From positions 248,001 through 312,000 of the forward strand of contig JBHGNT010000005.1 in NCBI GenBank assembly GCA_043228905.1: a stretch of 64,000 nt of DNA, read 5' to 3'. The position numbers and the translations under genes are program-made. Positions 13,991 to 26,736 of this stretch are shown piece after piece (the stretch's first letter is position 1; every line of letters begins with the position of its first letter). The notes beneath the pieces were generated by a model that was given only the letters and a program-made list of their open reading frames with translations, ran no database searches and was not told the DNA's origin. Origin of the DNA: Azolla caroliniana. Lineage: Eukaryota; Plantae; Polypodiophyta.

Positions 13991-14559
13991 TGTTGGGATT
14001 GCGGTCCCTCCGGATGGGATGGTCGGATGTCCGGGAATCGGGAATGAAGACCCCGGCTACGGAGCCGGATGATGAAGACCCCGGCTACGGAGCCGGATGA
14101 CGGATGTACCCGGAGAGAGATCCGGATGCGGGGACATATTTGTGAATATGTTTGCCAAGGGCCCTTGAGGCTATATTTGTAAATAGCCCGTAAGTCATAT
14201 GTGTATAAATATGACTTAGGGCAAACAGTTTTATGTTGTTGCTCATTTTTCCTGTTTGCGAAGTGAGAGCAGCCGAGAGAGAGAGAGAATGACGAAGAGG
14301 TCGTTGCCTCTGTGTATTACCGCCGCCTGTGGCGAAGACAGTGAGCTCAAGGTTGTTGCCTTGTAGCTTCACCATTGTACATCTCTGTTTATAGTGATAG
14401 TTGGAGTTTGAGGACTCCCGTGGTTTTTTCCCATTTAGGGTTTTCCACGTAAAACATCCCGTGTACTCTTCTCTCTATTGTCTTCGTGCATTTTGTATTT
14501 CCTGTTTTCTGTGAGTTGATCCTATTCCTCGGTGGTGGCCGAGCACACTGTTTTCAACA
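13991..14559 (+). repeat. 5' LTR (569 bp)
   Basis: Starts TGTTGGG and ends TTTTCAACA. Carries a 28-bp tandem duplication absent from the 3' LTR. Confidence 0.97.
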
Positions 14560-14562
14560 AAG

Positions 14563-14574
14563 TGGTATCAGAGC
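14563..14574 (+). promoter_or_regulatory. Primer-binding site complementary to the 3' end of initiator tRNA-Met
   Basis: TGGTATCAGAGC, 3 nt after the 5' LTR; the canonical plant copia PBS. Confidence 0.95.
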
Positions 14575-14590
14575 GACGTTAACACAGAAA

Positions 14591-17500
14591 ATGGAAGGCG
14601 GCGGTAGTGGGCCTCCGAGCATGATGGTGTTGAACGCACAGAACTACGCCGACTGGAAGATAAAGATGGAAGACCTCCTCATCGTCCGAGACCTGTACGA
14701 ACCGATCGAAAATGCCGAGATACCCAAGGGGGTAATAGAGTCGGAGTGGAAGCTCCTGAACCGGAAAGCCGTAGCGACGATCCGGCAATATGTCGATGTA
14801 AGTGTTCTGCAGCATGTGGCGAACGATACGAACGCCTATGAGATGTGGCAGAAGCTGTCCGGACTGTATGAGAGGAAGAATGCTCTGACCCGGACCTCCC
14901 TGATGAGGAAGATAGTGAATCTTAAGTACCGGGACGGCGAGAGCATGGTCGAACACGTCAGCACGTTTATGGGATTCGTGAACCAGCTTGCGGCGATCAA
15001 GTTCCCGTTGGATGACGCAATGCAAGCCATCATGCTGATGTGTACCCTTCCGGAGAGCTGGGAGAACTTGGTAGTTACTCTCAGCACCTCCTGTAAGGAA
15101 GAGAACTTGTCTTTACAAACGGTAAAGACAAGTATTCTAAATGAAGAAGCGCGTCGGAGAGACAAAGAACCGGCCTCCGACTCGAAGGCGCTGCTTACCG
15201 AATCGGAACGGGGAAGACAACGGAACCGGAGTCCGCAAAGACGGGAGAAGTCGGGGACACGGTCACAGTCGAGGGGAAGACCTACATGCTTCTACTGTGG
15301 GAAGCCGGGGCACTTCCAGAAGAACTGTCGACATTTCCGGAAAGACAACGGAACCGACGGTACTGATTCGAAGAAGTCACCGGAGCGAAACGATGCATAC
15401 CGGGGAGCCACGGACCGGAGAGGTCCGGATCGGCGAGGGCAGGACCGGAAAGGAACGACGGCACTCGCGGCAAGTGAAGAAGAGATAATGCTCATTACCG
15501 AAGAGAGGGAGCTGAACCTTGCCGGTGAAGAGATGACCTGGGTGGTCGATTCCGGAGCGTCGTTCCACCTGACCCCGGAGAAGAAATACTTCTCATCCTA
15601 CACAGCCGGTGAGCACGGCTGTGTCCGGATGGGAAATGAAGGTACATGCCGGATTGCCGGCATAGGAGACGTGTGGCTGATGACATCAACCGGATGCAAG
15701 ATGCTGCCGAAGGATGTTCGACACGTTCCGGAGGTTCGATTGAACCTGATTTCGGCCGGGAGGCTAGACGATGAAGGCTACACGGGTAGCATCCGGAACG
15801 GTGTCATGAAGTTCAGCAAAGGGAGCCTGATAGTGGCTCGGGCCCGGAAGGTCAACACATTGTACCTGATGAATTCCCGGCTATGTCCGGAGGAGCTGAA
15901 CGTGGCAGCCGACACTGCCGGTGAGCTGTGGCACAAGAGACTGTGCCACATGAGTGAGAAGGGGATGAAGAGGCTTGCAGAAGACAACCTTATTCCAGTG
16001 AAGCATGTGCACCTGGAGAAGTGCACCGATTGCCTGGCCGGTAAACAGAACCGAACCTCCTTCCACTCAAGGCCACCGACGAGACGTAGCGCACCATTGG
16101 AGCTGGTGCACACTGACGTGTGTCAAGTAGAAACGAAGTCACATGGCGGAGCCCAGTACTTCGTGACATTCATTGATGACCACAACCGGAAGCTGTGGAC
16201 GGCACCGTTGAAGACAAAGGACCAAGTGTTGTGCGTCTTCAAAGAACTCCACGCAAGAGTGGAAAGGGAGTCCGGCAAGAAGCTGAAAGCGATACGAGCG
16301 GATAACGGAGGGGAATACCGGGGGCAGTTCAAGGAGTACTGTCGCTCGAAGGGAATCCGGCTCGAGTTTACTGTGCCGAAGACGCCGGAACTGAACGGGC
16401 TGGCCGAGAGGATGAACCGGACCATAATGGAGAGGGTCCGGAGTATGCTGGCGCATGCGAAATTTCCCAAGGGGTTTTGGGCTGAGGCAATGTCGACGGC
16501 GACATATGTGATAAATAGATCACCCTCAGTACCCCTGGATGGAGACACGCCACAGAGAGTGTGGACCGGTAAGGAAGTGTCCTACCGGCATCTGAAGGTG
16601 TTCGGGTGTCTCGCATACGTGCATGTGGCAAAGGACCGGAGAGGAAAGTTAGATCCAAAGACCCGGCCATGCATATTCCTCGGTTACGGCGACGACGAGT
16701 TCGGCTACCGAGTATGGGACCCGGTCGACAAGAAGATGTTCAGGAGTCGAGATATCATCTTCATGGAGGACAAGACACTCGCCGACTGGGAGTCGGAGAA
16801 GAAGATGAAGAGCTCCAAGTCAACCGGTGAGAATCAACTCTACGAGGAGCAGTCCCGACCGGCAAGGGACCGGTTAGCACTCGAGGATCCGGCCGAAGAC
16901 GGTGAAGAAACAGAACCGGCCGAGGAAGATGAAACTGATACCGGAACCAGCCCCGATCCCGAAATGGATTCGGATGAAGAGGAAACGGAGGAGCCGGTTA
17001 CCGAAGCTCCGGAACGGAGATATCCTCTAAGAGAGAGAAGGGCCCCCCGGAGATTTCCGGAACCAGAGCACGTGCTGCTAACCGACGAGGGGGAGCCGGA
17101 GAGCTTTGAAGAAGCAAAGCAAGACACCCATAGCCGTAGGTGGTTAAATGTCATGCAGGAGGAGATGGATTCCCTGCATGAGAACCACACATATGAACTT
17201 GTGGAGTTGCCGAAAGGAAAGAGGGCACTTTGAAACAAGTGGGTGTTCAAGCTGAAACCGGGAGATGCCGGAAACCCCCCGAGATACAAAGCCAGGATCG
17301 TGGTGAAGGGGTTCCAGCAGAAGAAGGGCGTCGACTTCGACGAGATATTCGCCCCGGTAGTGAAGATGACCTCCATCCGGACGGTGCTGAGCATAGCGGC
17401 AAGCATGGACCTCGAGGTAGAACAGATGGACGTGAAGACGGCATTCCTTCACGGTGACCTCGAAGAAGAGATCTACATGCAGCAACCGGAAGGATTCGAG

Positions 17501-18664
17501 AAGAAAGGGAAGGAGCACCTGGTATGCCGGTTGAAGAAGAGCCTTTACGGACTGAAGCAGGCTCCCCGGCAATGGTACCGGAAATTCGACTCTTTCATGA
17601 CCAATGAAGGGTACCACAAAACGCAGTCCGATCACTGCGTGTTTGTGAAGAAGTTTGAAGGAGGAGACTTTCTAATACTCCTCCTGTACGTGGACGACAT
17701 GTTGATCGTCGGACGGGACCAGGTCAAGATACGGATGCTGAAGAAAGCACTTCACCGAACCTTCTCAATGAAGGACCTGGGTCCGGCGAGGCAAATACTA
17801 GGGATGCACATCATCCGGGACCGGAAGAAGAAGCAGTTGTGGCTGTCACAGGAGAAGTACGTGACAAAGGTGCTTCACCGGTTCAACATGTCGGAAGCAA
17901 GACCGGTCGGATCAACCCTCCCTGCAAACTGCAAGTTGTCCAGCAAGCAAAGCCCCAAGACAAAGGCCGAGAAGGAGGACATGATGAAAGTACCATATGC
18001 CTCTGCCGTCGGAAGCTTGATATACGCAATGGTGTGTACAAGACCAGACATAGGATATGCAGTCGGAGTGGTGAGCCGGTACATGAGCAATCCCGACAAA
18101 GAGCACTGGAACGCGGTCAAGTGGATACTCCGATACCTGAAGGGCACGGCAAACGTGTGCCTCCGATTCGGCTCCGGTAAGCCCGAACTCGACGGCTTTA
18201 CCGATTCGGATATGTCGGCTGATGCGGATACCAGCCGGTCCACATCAGGGTATGTGATGACGTATGCAGGGGGAGCTGTTTCGTGGCAGTCGAGACTGCA
18301 GAAGACGGTTGCGTTGTCAACCACAGAGGCGGAGTACATGGCGGCTGTTGAAGCCGGCAAGGAAATAATATGGATGAAGGATTTCATTAGAGAGCTCGGT
18401 ATCCGGCAGGAGGAGTACCGACTTTACTGCGACAGTCAGAGTGCCATCCACCTTGCGAAGAACGCGGCCTATCACTCCCGGACGAAGCACATCCAGCGTA
18501 GATATCACTGGATCCGGGAAAGGATAGAAGACCAGGAGTTCGTGCTGACGAAGATCCACACGGACGAGAACGGGTCAGACATGCTGACCAAAGTGCTCAC
18601 ACCCGACAAGCTGGAAGCGTGCCGGAAGAGGGTCGGACTGGAAAGACATCCCATGCCGAAGTGA
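14591..18664 (+). pseudogene. Copia gag-pol polyprotein, single frame interrupted by one in-frame TGA at 17231-17233
   Basis: CCHC knuckle CFYCGKPGHFQKNC; protease WVVDSGASFH; GAG-pre-integrase WHKRLCHMSEKG; integrase HTD...ADNGGEY...NGLAERMNRT; RT MDVKTAFLHG and LLLYVDD; RNase H DSD...TTEAEY...CDSQSA...DMLTK. ORFs 14486-17233 and 17243-18664 are in the same frame. Confidence 0.93.
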
Positions 18665-18672
18665 AGGGGGAG
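18663..18672 (+). promoter_or_regulatory. Polypurine tract
   Basis: GAAGGGGGAG immediately before the 3' LTR, overlapping the pol stop codon. Confidence 0.9.
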
Positions 18673-18674
18673 TT

Positions 18675-19219
18675 TGTTGGGATTGCGGTCCCTCCGGATG
18701 GGATGGTCGGATGTCCGGGAATCGGGAATGAAGACCCCGGCTACGGAGCCGGATGACGGATGTACCCGGAGAGAGATCCGGATGCGGGGACATATTTGTG
18801 AATATGTTTGCCAAGGGCCCTTGAGGCTATATTTGTAAATAGCCCGTAAGTCATATGTGTATACATATGACTTAGGGCAAACAGTTTTATGTTGTTGCTC
18901 ATTTTTCCTGTTTGCGAAGTGAGAGCAGCCGAGAGAGAGAGAGAGAGAATGACGAAGAGGTCGTTGCCTCTGTGTATTACCGCCGCCTGTGGCGAAGACA
19001 GTGAGCTCAAGGTTGTTGCCTTGTAGCTTCACCATTGTACATCTCTGTTTATAGTGATAGTTGGAGTTTGAGGACTCCCGTGGTTTTTTCCCATTTAGGG
19101 TTTTCCACGTAAAACATCCCGTGTACTCTTCTCTCTATTGTCTTCGTGCATTTTGTATTTCCTGTTTTCTGTGAGTTGATCCTATTCCTCGGTGGTGGCC
19201 GAGCGCACTGTTTTCAACA
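18675..19219 (+). repeat. 3' LTR (545 bp)
   Basis: Near-identical to the 5' LTR: two substitutions seen, (GA)9 versus (GA)7, and no 28-bp duplication. Confidence 0.97.
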
Positions 19220-20522
19220 GTATGATTATCCCTCGTAAGGATCAAGGGGGTACACATAAAGAAAACTTGTGTAATAAGGTCCAACGGGTCAATATTAGCC
19301 TCTATATGGACGTTGGAAGAAGAAGAAATGTATACTTATAAATTTGGAACCACAAGGAAGGCCACATTATTATTTCGATGCAAACAATATGTGCCTATAT
19401 TTATTATCAACAACATATAGACTTTGCAAATGTCTTTAGGCACGTTGTTGTGATGATTTATCATCACTTGATAGTACTTTGTTCACATATTCTCCATATA
19501 GAGAAAACCTTGTTACATTATGCCTTCCCGTATTCCGCAGTTCCATCCTCGACGCTCGCACATCGTCCCTTCCTCCCCCTAATTTGAAGTTTTGATCATT
19601 TGTCATCGCCCACTTCAATTTTCATTATTTCCTTAATACTGCTCATGTTTTGCACTTTCAAATCATGGGTTCAAGTCGTCATTTTAGGCTCGTGCATCAC
19701 AAACAATGGACTTGATCATTCACTGAAACACAACTAGATCACATACATGTTTTCAATCAACACGTTGCTCTCATGTATCCAATTAGTAATATTGATCAAG
19801 CCACCACATTTGATGTTAGCTTCATATAATTGAGAATTGTGATTTTACCAATAATATGCGTGAACGAAACTTGCACATTTTTACAGATGACAAACACTTG
19901 ATTGGATACCTCTAGGCATTTCGAACATGATCCTTTTACAACTAGTGCAAACTCCAGTTGCCTCTATTTCCCCATGTGCTTGCCCTCAAATATTTTGGTC
20001 CACCATATTATCCCTTGATGATGATATTCAACTTGAACATCAAAATAATTTATCATATTCTTGGCAACGAGAACTTATTTAATGCCATGAATCACACGAC
20101 CATTACTTCCTCGAAAAGGACGTATATTTGATGCAACAAATCATGATAATATTTGTAGAAGTGGCAAACCAAACCCATACTTATCCAGAGGAGGGAGCTA
20201 GCTAGCACGATTCTTGCATGTCAAAGTGTTACTGGCATCGTGAAAAAGAGAAGTCAAAGGCCATTTATTTGCATGTTACACCCACCATTGCCACATGATT
20301 TGATTGTAGAACCACTTTATCATTGCCCGATGAATCATCACAAGCAATTGGGCGATTGACTTGACATGGAACTTGCATGCAAGAGCATTTGGAGTTTCGA
20401 TTGCATAGTTCATGAGCATGGAATCAAGCATATGATACAACGATGAAAAATAACGATAGTTGATGAGCGGAACTCATATGATCCTCGTGCATGAGCAAAG
20501 AAATAGCAGCCAAGGGGAGGGG

Positions 20523-20550
20523 AACCCTAAACCCTAAACCCTAAAACCCA
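20523..20550. promoter_or_regulatory. Interstitial telomeric repeats / telo-boxes upstream of KASI
   Basis: AACCCTAAACCCTAAACCCTAAAACCC about 230 bp upstream of the ATG. TTTAGGGTTTAGGG also occurs in intron 1 (~21286-21299). Confidence 0.55.
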
Positions 20551-20773
20551 ACTTCAAGGCTCTTTTTAAAAGAAGAGAGAAAGAAACAAGCAAATTGAAA
20601 TACCCCCCAAAAAAGAAGTTACAAGTGAATTGCTTTTTTGCTTTTTTTTGCATGGATGGCTTTCTTTTTCTTTTTCCATTTATTTACATAAATGGACCCA
20701 TTAGGGCTCTTCCTCCTCCTCCTTTCTCTTCCGACAGCTCAATCTCTCTGTCTGTGTCTGTACGTTCATAGCT

Positions 20774-23700
20774 ATGGCGATTTGTTCTTCTTCCTCGTTT
20801 CTGCACTTCCATGGCCTTCGAGCTTCAGACCGTTCTTACCCTTCACCAAATTCTTCTTCATCCTCTTCCTTCCTGGATTTCGGCGTCGCTACTTCTCATT
20901 TGTATCCACGCTCTGCTCCAGGTACTTCTTTTGTTCCTTCTTCAGGAAATATTTGGCTTTATTCTGAAGAATTATTACCATTAAACAAATAAGAAATAAA
21001 TGCAGAAAAAAACGTAACAGAAAATCGAAATAAATAACGGAGGGAACCATCCTTCTATGATGATGATGAAAGGAAAGAAAAATACTTTTTTACGATAGAA
21101 AAAAATGAAATGAAAGGAAACAGAAGAAATAGAAAGACAGCGAGAAACAAAATCCATCCTCTTATCACAGGAAAAAAAAATGAAAACCAATATAGAAACA
21201 AACACGAGTTTACTTGATGCATTCATTTACATGCCTTTGGATATGGGAAAGAAAAGCATTTTTACCTAATCAAGGAAATCATGGTTTTAGGGTTTAGGGG
21301 CTAAAAGACATCGTATGATTATCTGATGCAAATAACTGGTTTGCAACATCACTGTTCTTTCTAATAGTTTATGGTTGGTCGTATTGTGCATTATGGATTC
21401 ATAATGCATGCATGCATTAATGTAGTAATGGTGGTCATGTAATTATAATTGTGGAAGTTAACTGTGATTATTTTCCGGATGTTGACGTTCTAGGGAGTAA
21501 TGCTATTATGATCACACGAGTTGAATGTGATTATATGCTTGATTTACGTAATGCAAAATATTCCTAATTTAGTATCCATCAAATCTCCATCAATCTGTGC
21601 ATCAAACTATAAGTATCGTTTGCATTCATGTTTGCATGTGACTGAGTGCAAACCCAAGTGGATTTTAATAATACTGTACTTAAAGTGTGAGGTTTTGGTT
21701 CCACATGCATTAAAGATATGTAGGAGTGTAAATTTCGTTCACTCTCATATCTTCTGAAGGTCAGAGAACAAGGTTTCAAAATTTCCCCCATTCATGTGTA
21801 TTTTTCCACAAATACACTTTCTCTCTACACACACATGGCCATACCCATACAGCTCCCCAACAACACACACGATAAATGGCTGAGAAGGAGAACTATGAAC
21901 AATGCATGCTAGATACTCTCATAATTTTCTAGATACTGGTACATTTCTACTATAGTATCCCTCACTACACTCTGGCCGCCCCATGCAAGAGATGTCATGC
22001 AACCTGATATGCATGTCATATTTGGAATCTGGATGAATTCTTTATGTTATAGTCGGCACACATCCTCATAGAGAACTTTCATACATAAGTGTGCCTTAGA
22101 AATAAATGTAAAATTTGGCCTTCTCAATTGGCCTGTTTGATAATAAGATATAGTTATGCTCCTGATGATTAGGGCCTGTCTCGAGTTAGGCATTTTGCAT
22201 TGTGGGAGTGTGAGAACAATCTGACAATTTATGACCCAAGTATATCAGGTCTTTTAAAATTCAAATTTGGTATCTGGGAGCCTAAATTTGTGTTTGTCAT
22301 GTTCTTGTTTCCTTTGCGAAAGTGGTAAAGATGCTAATAAATCTACCCTTCCTCTGTCTCAGTGGCGATTATAATGATAAGAAATAGCAGAAACTATGAG
22401 TAATTGAAAGGAACATTGAACATTAGGATTTCAGCTGACAATAATAGGTTTACTGCTGAAGACCAAATGAATAAAATAAAGAGAAATGTTTAGAGTATAT
22501 AAAGCCAAATTATGTAAGAGAACACATATATGTTGGCAATTATGATGGTGGAAGAGGAAGAAGGTGATGGCAGGACCAGACGCGGCTTAAAGTTGGAACT
22601 AGAATATTTTAGGTGTTTAGTCAATTCACAAATTGTAATGCCATGCTCATGTTGCGAAGCAGGTCAACAAGATGTTTTTGTACTTAATAGAAACAGAGAC
22701 ATTTTAAGAGGATAAGGACATTAACAGAGACAGTGCAACAGTTAACTTAGGTTTTGATACAATTGCGGCATGCAACAATGTTACATAAGCAAGATGCTTG
22801 CTAGCATTGATACCACTGATGCTATGATAGAATTGACGACTCCATGTGTTGGAGTGATTTTATGTTGAATTAAGTTTGCAATTGAAATCTATAATATAAC
22901 ATTATTTGTGTTTTATCCTTAGGTAGAAAGCTGGTGACAAGGGCTATGGTTGCATCTGCACCCAAGAGAGAGAAAGATGCCAAAAAGAGAGTTGTAATCA
23001 CAGGAATGGGCCTAGTTTCTGTGTTTGGGAATGATGTGGATGCTTATTATGAGAAGCTATTAGAGGGACAGAGTGGCATTACACTTATTGATCGCTTTGA
23101 TGCTTCAAAGTTCCCCACCAGGTTTGCAGGACAAATCAAAGATTTCTCCTCTGAAGGTTATATTGATGGGAAAAATGATCGTAGACTTGATGATTGCCTC
23201 CGATACTGCTTAGTTAGTGGCAAAAAAGCACTAGAGCATGCAAATCTTGGATCAGAAAAATTATCCAAGGTAGCTATTTGGCTTCAAAATTCCATTCCTG
23301 GTTTCCGTTTGTCTGATGTAGCTACATTTTGGGGTTATCATTTTAGGCAGGATATTGGTGAGTGGTGGTGCTGACTCATGAGCTCAATTAATAATGGGTA
23401 TCATTATAGGCACAATGTTGATACTTGTAATTGTTTTCAGGTAGCCCTTTTACTTTTTGTTTGGGTTTGGCAACAGGTTGACAAGGGGAAGATAGGCGTA
23501 CTTATTGGGTCTGGTATGGGTGGATTGACAGTATTTTCAGATGGTGTGCAAGCGCTAATTGAAAAGGGATACAAGAGAATAACTCCATTTTTCATTCCAT
23601 ATGCAATTACAAACATGGGCTCTGCATTGTTAGCCATTGATCTAGGGCTGATGGGACCCAATTATTCTATCTCCACAGCCTGTGCAACATCGAATTACTG

Positions 23701-25619
23701 TTTCTATGCAGCTGCAAACCATATCCGCAAAGGGGAAGCTGATATTATGGTGGCAGGTGGAACTGAAGCTGCTATAATTCCTGTGGGTGTAGGAGGTTTT
23801 ATCGCTTGCAGGGCCCTTTCCCAGAGAAACAATGCACCTGAAACTGCATCTCGACCATGGGACAAGGACCGGGATGGATTTGTGATGGGTGAAGGTGCTG
23901 GCGTTCTGGTGAGGTCTTGGAAACCTTTATTTTCTATAATCATACCTTTAGTATTAAATTATCTTTTCTTTTTCATATTTTCCCCTTACATGAGAATTGT
24001 ATGGCAAATGTGTAGACTTATGCCAAAATTTCCTTGTGTGGTAGCATATGTGACCCCTAAGATATGGGATGGATATGCACTGTACATGACGGTAAGATTC
24101 AATGTAAAATATGTCTGGAGATTTAGGATGTTTCATGGGACTGTTAACATTATGTTTTTGCTTTAAAACTTCAACCATCATCAATTTCAGTCATCTCTAA
24201 AAATTGAAACAGGAAAATGACTCTTTTGATTGAAAAAGAAAGTCTGATTTTAAAGTTTAGAATCGTTGTTTCATGTGTGATGCATATATTTTGTCCACAT
24301 GACATTATACCTGTAAAGAAAATCTGATTTTAAAGTTTAGAATCGTTGTTTCATGCGCAATTCATATATTTTGTCCACATGACCGACATTATACTTGTTT
24401 GTCTGTAAACTGCACACAACACCAACATTATACTTGTTTGTATGTGGCACCTCAATCAGCTTCATTTCCTTAGCTATCACTAAAACTCGAAGCAGGAAAA
24501 GACTATTTTAAATGAAATACAAAGTTCAGTTTTGTAGTGTTTTCCTACGTGATGCATATGTTTTCCTACATGATGCATATGAAATATATATATATTGCAA
24601 GGTAATGGAAAGCCTAGAACATGCTTTGAAGCGAGGGGCTCCAATCATTGCTGAATACTTGGGTGGAGCTGTCACATGTGATGCTTACCACATGACTGAT
24701 CCAAGAGCTGATGGCTTGGGTGTGTCGACATGCATCGAGAAGGCACTTGAGGACGCAGGAGTTTCTTCTCAAGAGGTTTGTTAAGTTTAGACATTTTATT
24801 TAACTTTATTTCAGGTCATTTAGCCTAAAATGTTAAAAGTGCTTGGGCTGTGTTCTTTTTTGTAGGTGAATTACATAAATGCTCATGCCACTTCAACACA
24901 AGTTGGTGACCTTGCAGAAGTGAATGCTTTGAAGAAGGTTTTTAAAGATACAAAAGAAATTAAAATAAACTCCACAAAGGTGATTTACCTTATGCAATGA
25001 TAGAGGAAATTCTACTATTTTTGTATGAACAATTTATTTTCAACTAAAAATTCTGCAAATTCTGTGTGGCCAATTGCGCCAGCTAAAAACTTTTGTACTT
25101 TCTTTAGTCGATGATAGGACATTGCTTAGGTGCTGCTGGAGGACTCGAAGCCATAGCCACTATTAAAGCTGTGACTACTGGTTATGTCCATCCTACTATC
25201 AACCAATTTGTAAGTGTCCATATGTTACAATCGCAATTAGCGTGTACTTCTAGGAGTTGCAACTATCTCATGAAATTTTGATGAGTAAAATGAACATATG
25301 CCATATGCCGCATAGGCATGAAGCACCTCTCTTTAGAGTGAACTTGGGAAAAAGCCATCTTAAAGCTTGAATTGATTTTTGACTATATTTTTTCAGAACC
25401 TAGAACCTGCAGTAGAATTCGATACAGTGGCAAATGTTAAGCAGAAGCATGACATTAATGTTGGTAAGTGCTCTTTAAGTAAATATATTTTAGCTTTTAT
25501 ACATCTTAATTTGTCTAAATTCACACTGATTGCTATGTATGCTGTATGCAGCCATATCTAACTCATTTGGATTTGGAGGACATAATTCGGTGGTTGTTTT
25601 TGCGCCATTTAGTGAATGA
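20774..25619 (+). CDS. KASI: Plastid 3-oxoacyl-ACP synthase I, 8 exons (20774-20921, 22923-23269, 23477-23908, 24602-24775, 24866-24979, 25108-25209, 25397-25463, 25552-25619), ~483 aa
   Basis: Ser-rich transit peptide; RVVITGMGLVSVFGND; GPNYSISTACAT (catalytic Cys); YINAHATST; STKSMIGHCLGAAG; SNSFGFGGHN. All junctions are GT-AG and frame-consistent (1452 nt). Confidence 0.95.
24236..24400. repeat. ~80-bp tandem duplication in KASI intron 3
   Basis: TCTGATTTTAAAGTTTAGAATCGTTGTTTCATG...TTTTGTCCACATGAC occurs twice. Confidence 0.8.
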
Positions 25620-26736
25620 ATTTGAAGTAACATTGTCATTGTTTCTCTATTCAGCCAATTGGCCAAAATTCATCTTGGTTGCTGTAGCTGGGTCGGTTTT
25701 CCTGAACCAATTTCGAGTGAGATGATTAGAAATATCCCAATTTTTTCTAGTATGTTGTCATATGTTGTAAAAGGAATTTTTACATTCTGAGAAGCCAGAT
25801 TCAAGATCTATCTTCTACTTTGTTTTGCTGAAGAGCATAATCAACATATCAAATTCCCAAGTCAAAAATTTGAAATGTAATGATGATATAACTTTAAAGG
25901 CTCACAAGTTTAATTTGTCAGGTTCTCTTGTGAGATTGAGGTAAGTGGTCGAAAAAGAACTTAATACTATTGGAGGTTGAAAGTTAAATTTCCAAACTGA
26001 CTTTGCTATCAATACTCATACATGACAATGTGAAATATGTTGTGAAACAGTGTTTAATATAACTACTAAGAGTAAATGAATAGAAACACAATTGGATGGA
26101 CATGAGCCATAGCTATTTAGGAGCACTCATACTTTTGTTTTGTGTCAAGTTGTTTTCTCTGCTACTTGGTTGATGTTGGATTTAGAGCACCACATCACAA
26201 ACTCAAGATTTTCAGTGGATATGAACTTGAAAAATGATGGTAACCTCATTGTTGAAATGGTCTTATGCTAACAGCAGTTGGCATGCAGAAATTACATCTT
26301 AATTTTCTCTCTTACTATTTTCAATCCCATTTACTGAATCGGGAAGAAACTGAAGCTGCGAAAAGTTTGTATTATAACATACTGGATTCAGGCTTTGTGG
26401 TAATTTGAAACACCGTGGATTTTCCACCTACTTGGATGAAGACTGTAGGGCAGGGTAGTGTGGGTTGCTGGTTAGATCCATCATGGACAATAGTTGGAGT
26501 CAGCGGCTCTCCCAGGGCTACTCAATCCAATGCGTATCCCCAGGGAAGAGAATTGCGCTGGCCCTTGCAAACAGCCTGAATAGCGATTTTTGTATATGAA
26601 AGTTATTTATAGGTTGTATTGGTTGCAAAAGCTACTCAATAATCAAGGTGCATCTGTGGAACACCCTCGCAAGAAGAGGCTTGTATGGGCCACAGCATGT
26701 ATAAAAGCATACAATAAATCAACATGAGCATTAATC

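Larger units (their letters stand above)
13991..19219 (+). mobile_element. Full-length Ty1/copia LTR retrotransposon (Tnt1-like), very recent insertion
   Basis: TG...CA LTRs at 13991-14559 and 18675-19219; 5-bp TSD GTATG (13986-13990, 19220-19224); PBS and PPT present; domain order gag-PR-INT-RT-RH. Confidence 0.98.

Noticed and set aside
14486-14590. N-terminal extension of the 915-aa ORF (MHFVFPVFCEL...)
   Set aside because: It starts at a GTG inside the 5' LTR and crosses the PBS; the plausible gag start is the ATG at 14591.
17230-17243. Apparent programmed frameshift between the two pol ORFs
   Set aside because: Both ORFs are in the same frame, separated by one TGA, with no slippery site.
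14579-19035. Many overlapping antisense and alternate-frame ORFs in the copia element
   Set aside because: Expected shadow ORFs of GC-rich coding sequence; no recognisable motifs and no env-like ORF.
20692-20967. 91-aa ORF with a signal-peptide-like start (MDPLGLFLLLL)
   Set aside because: It overlaps the CT-rich KASI 5' region in another frame. The 20774 frame gives a transit peptide that splices in phase to exon 2. At most it is an overlapping uORF.
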